The position numbers and the translations under genes were made by a program. Shown here piece by piece: positions 52,669 to 54,204 of a stretch of DNA of 54,204 nucleotides. The stretch is from an uncultured Ignavibacteriales bacterium (GTDB lineage Bacteria > Zixibacteria > MSB-5A5 > GN15 > JAAZOE01): assembly GCA_964611355.1 (NCBI GenBank), contig CAZSYD010000014.1, positions 1 to 54,204 on the forward strand. The letters run 5' to 3'. Below the pieces are notes generated by a model. The model did not search any database, had not been told where the DNA came from, and saw only the letters and a list, made by a program, of their open reading frames with translations. Position 1 is the first letter of the stretch. Each line of letters starts with the position of its first letter.

Positions 52669-53916
52669 ATGTTTATTCGCAAACCTGCTGGTTTTATTCT
52701 TCTGACTTTGATTATCGTTTTATTATGCAGCCAGGCATTCGCAGTTGAATTTACTGCCGATCTGTACATCACTCGGCCGAATGACAGTATCACCATTAAA
52801 TTGTACGTTCGTGATTATTTGTACCGGGTGGAAAAGCTCGATGGTGATGATCAATTTCTCGCTATTGAGAATCGAAAAACCGACATGACAACAGCTATGA
52901 ATCCAGAGGAAAAAACCTACAAGGAACTTAAAGGCCCTGGAGGGGCTTTCGCCAATCCGGTTAAGGGGTGGGAGTACATGGCCAACGACACCGAGGAAAA
53001 ATTGATCGGCACCGAAACAGTCAACGGGTTTGAATGCGATCATTATACCTATACCTACCCGGAACAAGCTGAACCAATTCTGGAGCTCTGGAAATCAAAA
53101 AAACTGGATCACTTTATCAAATACGTAGTGCATTATGGCGGTAGTAACGGCGACGGATCCATGGAAATTATGAACGTGGTTGAAGGGCCGATCGATGACG
53201 AACTGTTCAAAGTGCCCGATAACTACACCCGTAAAAAAACAGAGGACGAAATCGAAATGGATCGTCCGGCGCTATCATCGCAAGCAATTACCGAGACTCC
53301 GGTCGGACGGCGTATGGCTCCCGGTGGCGAATTAAGGGTAAAGGCCAATCCGGAAATGACTATCCGGGTTAAGCTCAAAAACCTCATCAAGGATACCTCA
53401 AGCTGTCAGATATTTATTTATAAAGACGGGCAGAAAATCGATTTTGGTAACATTACTCCACCCAAGGAAGAAAACTTCTCGCTAATTTACAAGGGAAAAC
53501 GTAAAGAGTCGATGTACGGCAGCCAATACCATGCCGATGAAGTCCGAATTATGCTTGACCGGGGAAGAATGATGGTGACGGTTTATCAGGAGTATTCCTC
53601 ATTCGATGCAGTAGTGCGTAATGAATATTATGTGAATCCTCCCGGTCGGGGAATAGCTGCCATTGAGGGACACGGCCTTAATATAAAAATGATCGGTGAC
53701 AGTCCTTTCGCGGAAGTTTCCAGAGTGAGGCTCCATGTTTACGAGCAGGTTTTTGTGGACGGCCTGGAGCAGAAAAACACGATCGATCAAATTGAATTTG
53801 ATCTCAAAAACAACGAGGTCAAAACCCTGCAATATTCTGTTGAGAAAAAAGCCGATTATATGAATATCAAACTTGACGAAGGCGGCGGAATAAAGCTGTT
53901 TACCGAACAACCTTGA
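52669..53916 (+). CDS. Secreted protein with an N-terminal DUF4412/LolA-like domain and an unknown beta-rich C-terminal region
   Basis: ATG 52669 after GGAGG. Signal ending AFA. EFTAD, IGTETVNGFECDHY, DELFKVPDNY. Confidence 0.72.
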   Translation: MFIRKPAGFILLTLIIVLLCSQAFAVEFTADLYITRPNDSITIKLYVRDYLYRVEKLDGDDQFLAIENRKTDMTTAMNPEEKTYKELKGPGGAFANPVKGWEYMANDTEEKLIGTETVNGFECDHYTYTYPEQAEPILELWKSKKLDHFIKYVVHYGGSNGDGSMEIMNVVEGPIDDELFKVPDNYTRKKTEDEIEMDRPALSSQAITETPVGRRMAPGGELRVKANPEMTIRVKLKNLIKDTSSCQIFIYKDGQKIDFGNITPPKEENFSLIYKGKRKESMYGSQYHADEVRIMLDRGRMMVTVYQEYSSFDAVVRNEYYVNPPGRGIAAIEGHGLNIKMIGDSPFAEVSRVRLHVYEQVFVDGLEQKNTIDQIEFDLKNNEVKTLQYSVEKKADYMNIKLDEGGGIKLFTEQP

Positions 53917-54204
53917 TTAATTAATATTACGGACACGGTAAACTAAAATTCGATAGGCCATTGAAACTGAGGGCCTTCAGGCAATTTGGATCTGAGAACA
54001 AGTACGAAGCGCTTGGATCATTTGTAGCGTCAACTGGAATATGTCAGTAAAAGCGGCTGCTGCTTGACAGGGAGCTTTTTAGATAAACCAAAGACAATAT
54101 AGACCAAACGGTTCGCGGACAAAATATATAAGCCTATAGTATATGAGTCGCTTAAAATATCCCGTACAAATAATGTGACTATCTTGTGACCGGATCGCTC
54201 TGTT

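Overview
Chromosomal window from a diderm, motile bacterium. Cohesin/dockerin-like secreted proteins ending in a QNYPNPFNP C-terminal domain suggest an FCB-group lineage such as Zixibacteria (inference). The backbone is housekeeping and envelope genes: dciA-gyrB, two SurA/parvulin chaperones, an S4 protein, ruvX-mltG, gatC-kdsB-pyrG, a sugar-nucleotidyltransferase/PGM fusion, a cyclophilin, an S41 protease, tmk, ino1, an HtrA pair, tRNA-Leu(CAG) and tRNA-Glu(TTC). Accessory modules sit between them. The most notable observations are: (1) a probable sigma28-driven locus where a chemoreceptor leader is fused to a periplasmic tandem Sud-like rhodanese, followed by a Cache-HAMP chemoreceptor missed by the ORF track, next to a Cys-PAS/LuxR regulator (candidate sulfur/polysulfide-taxis module built by cassette swap); (2) a sigma54 two-component system with visible enhancer boxes and promoter driving a helical-repeat secreted protein plus a beta-barrel; (3) an HtrA protease coupled to a catalytically dead paralogue; (4) a membrane-anchored kinase-pseudokinase; (5) an 18-bp operator shared by the divergent ino1 and marR-alkD promoters; (6) a long structured leader on a probable major surface protein; (7) a hidden doubly frameshifted Zn-ribbon gene. 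A type II R-M pair is interrupted by a 100-N assembly gap. No CRISPR array, rRNA, integrase or intact transposase was seen. All calls come from reading motifs by eye; no database searches were run.
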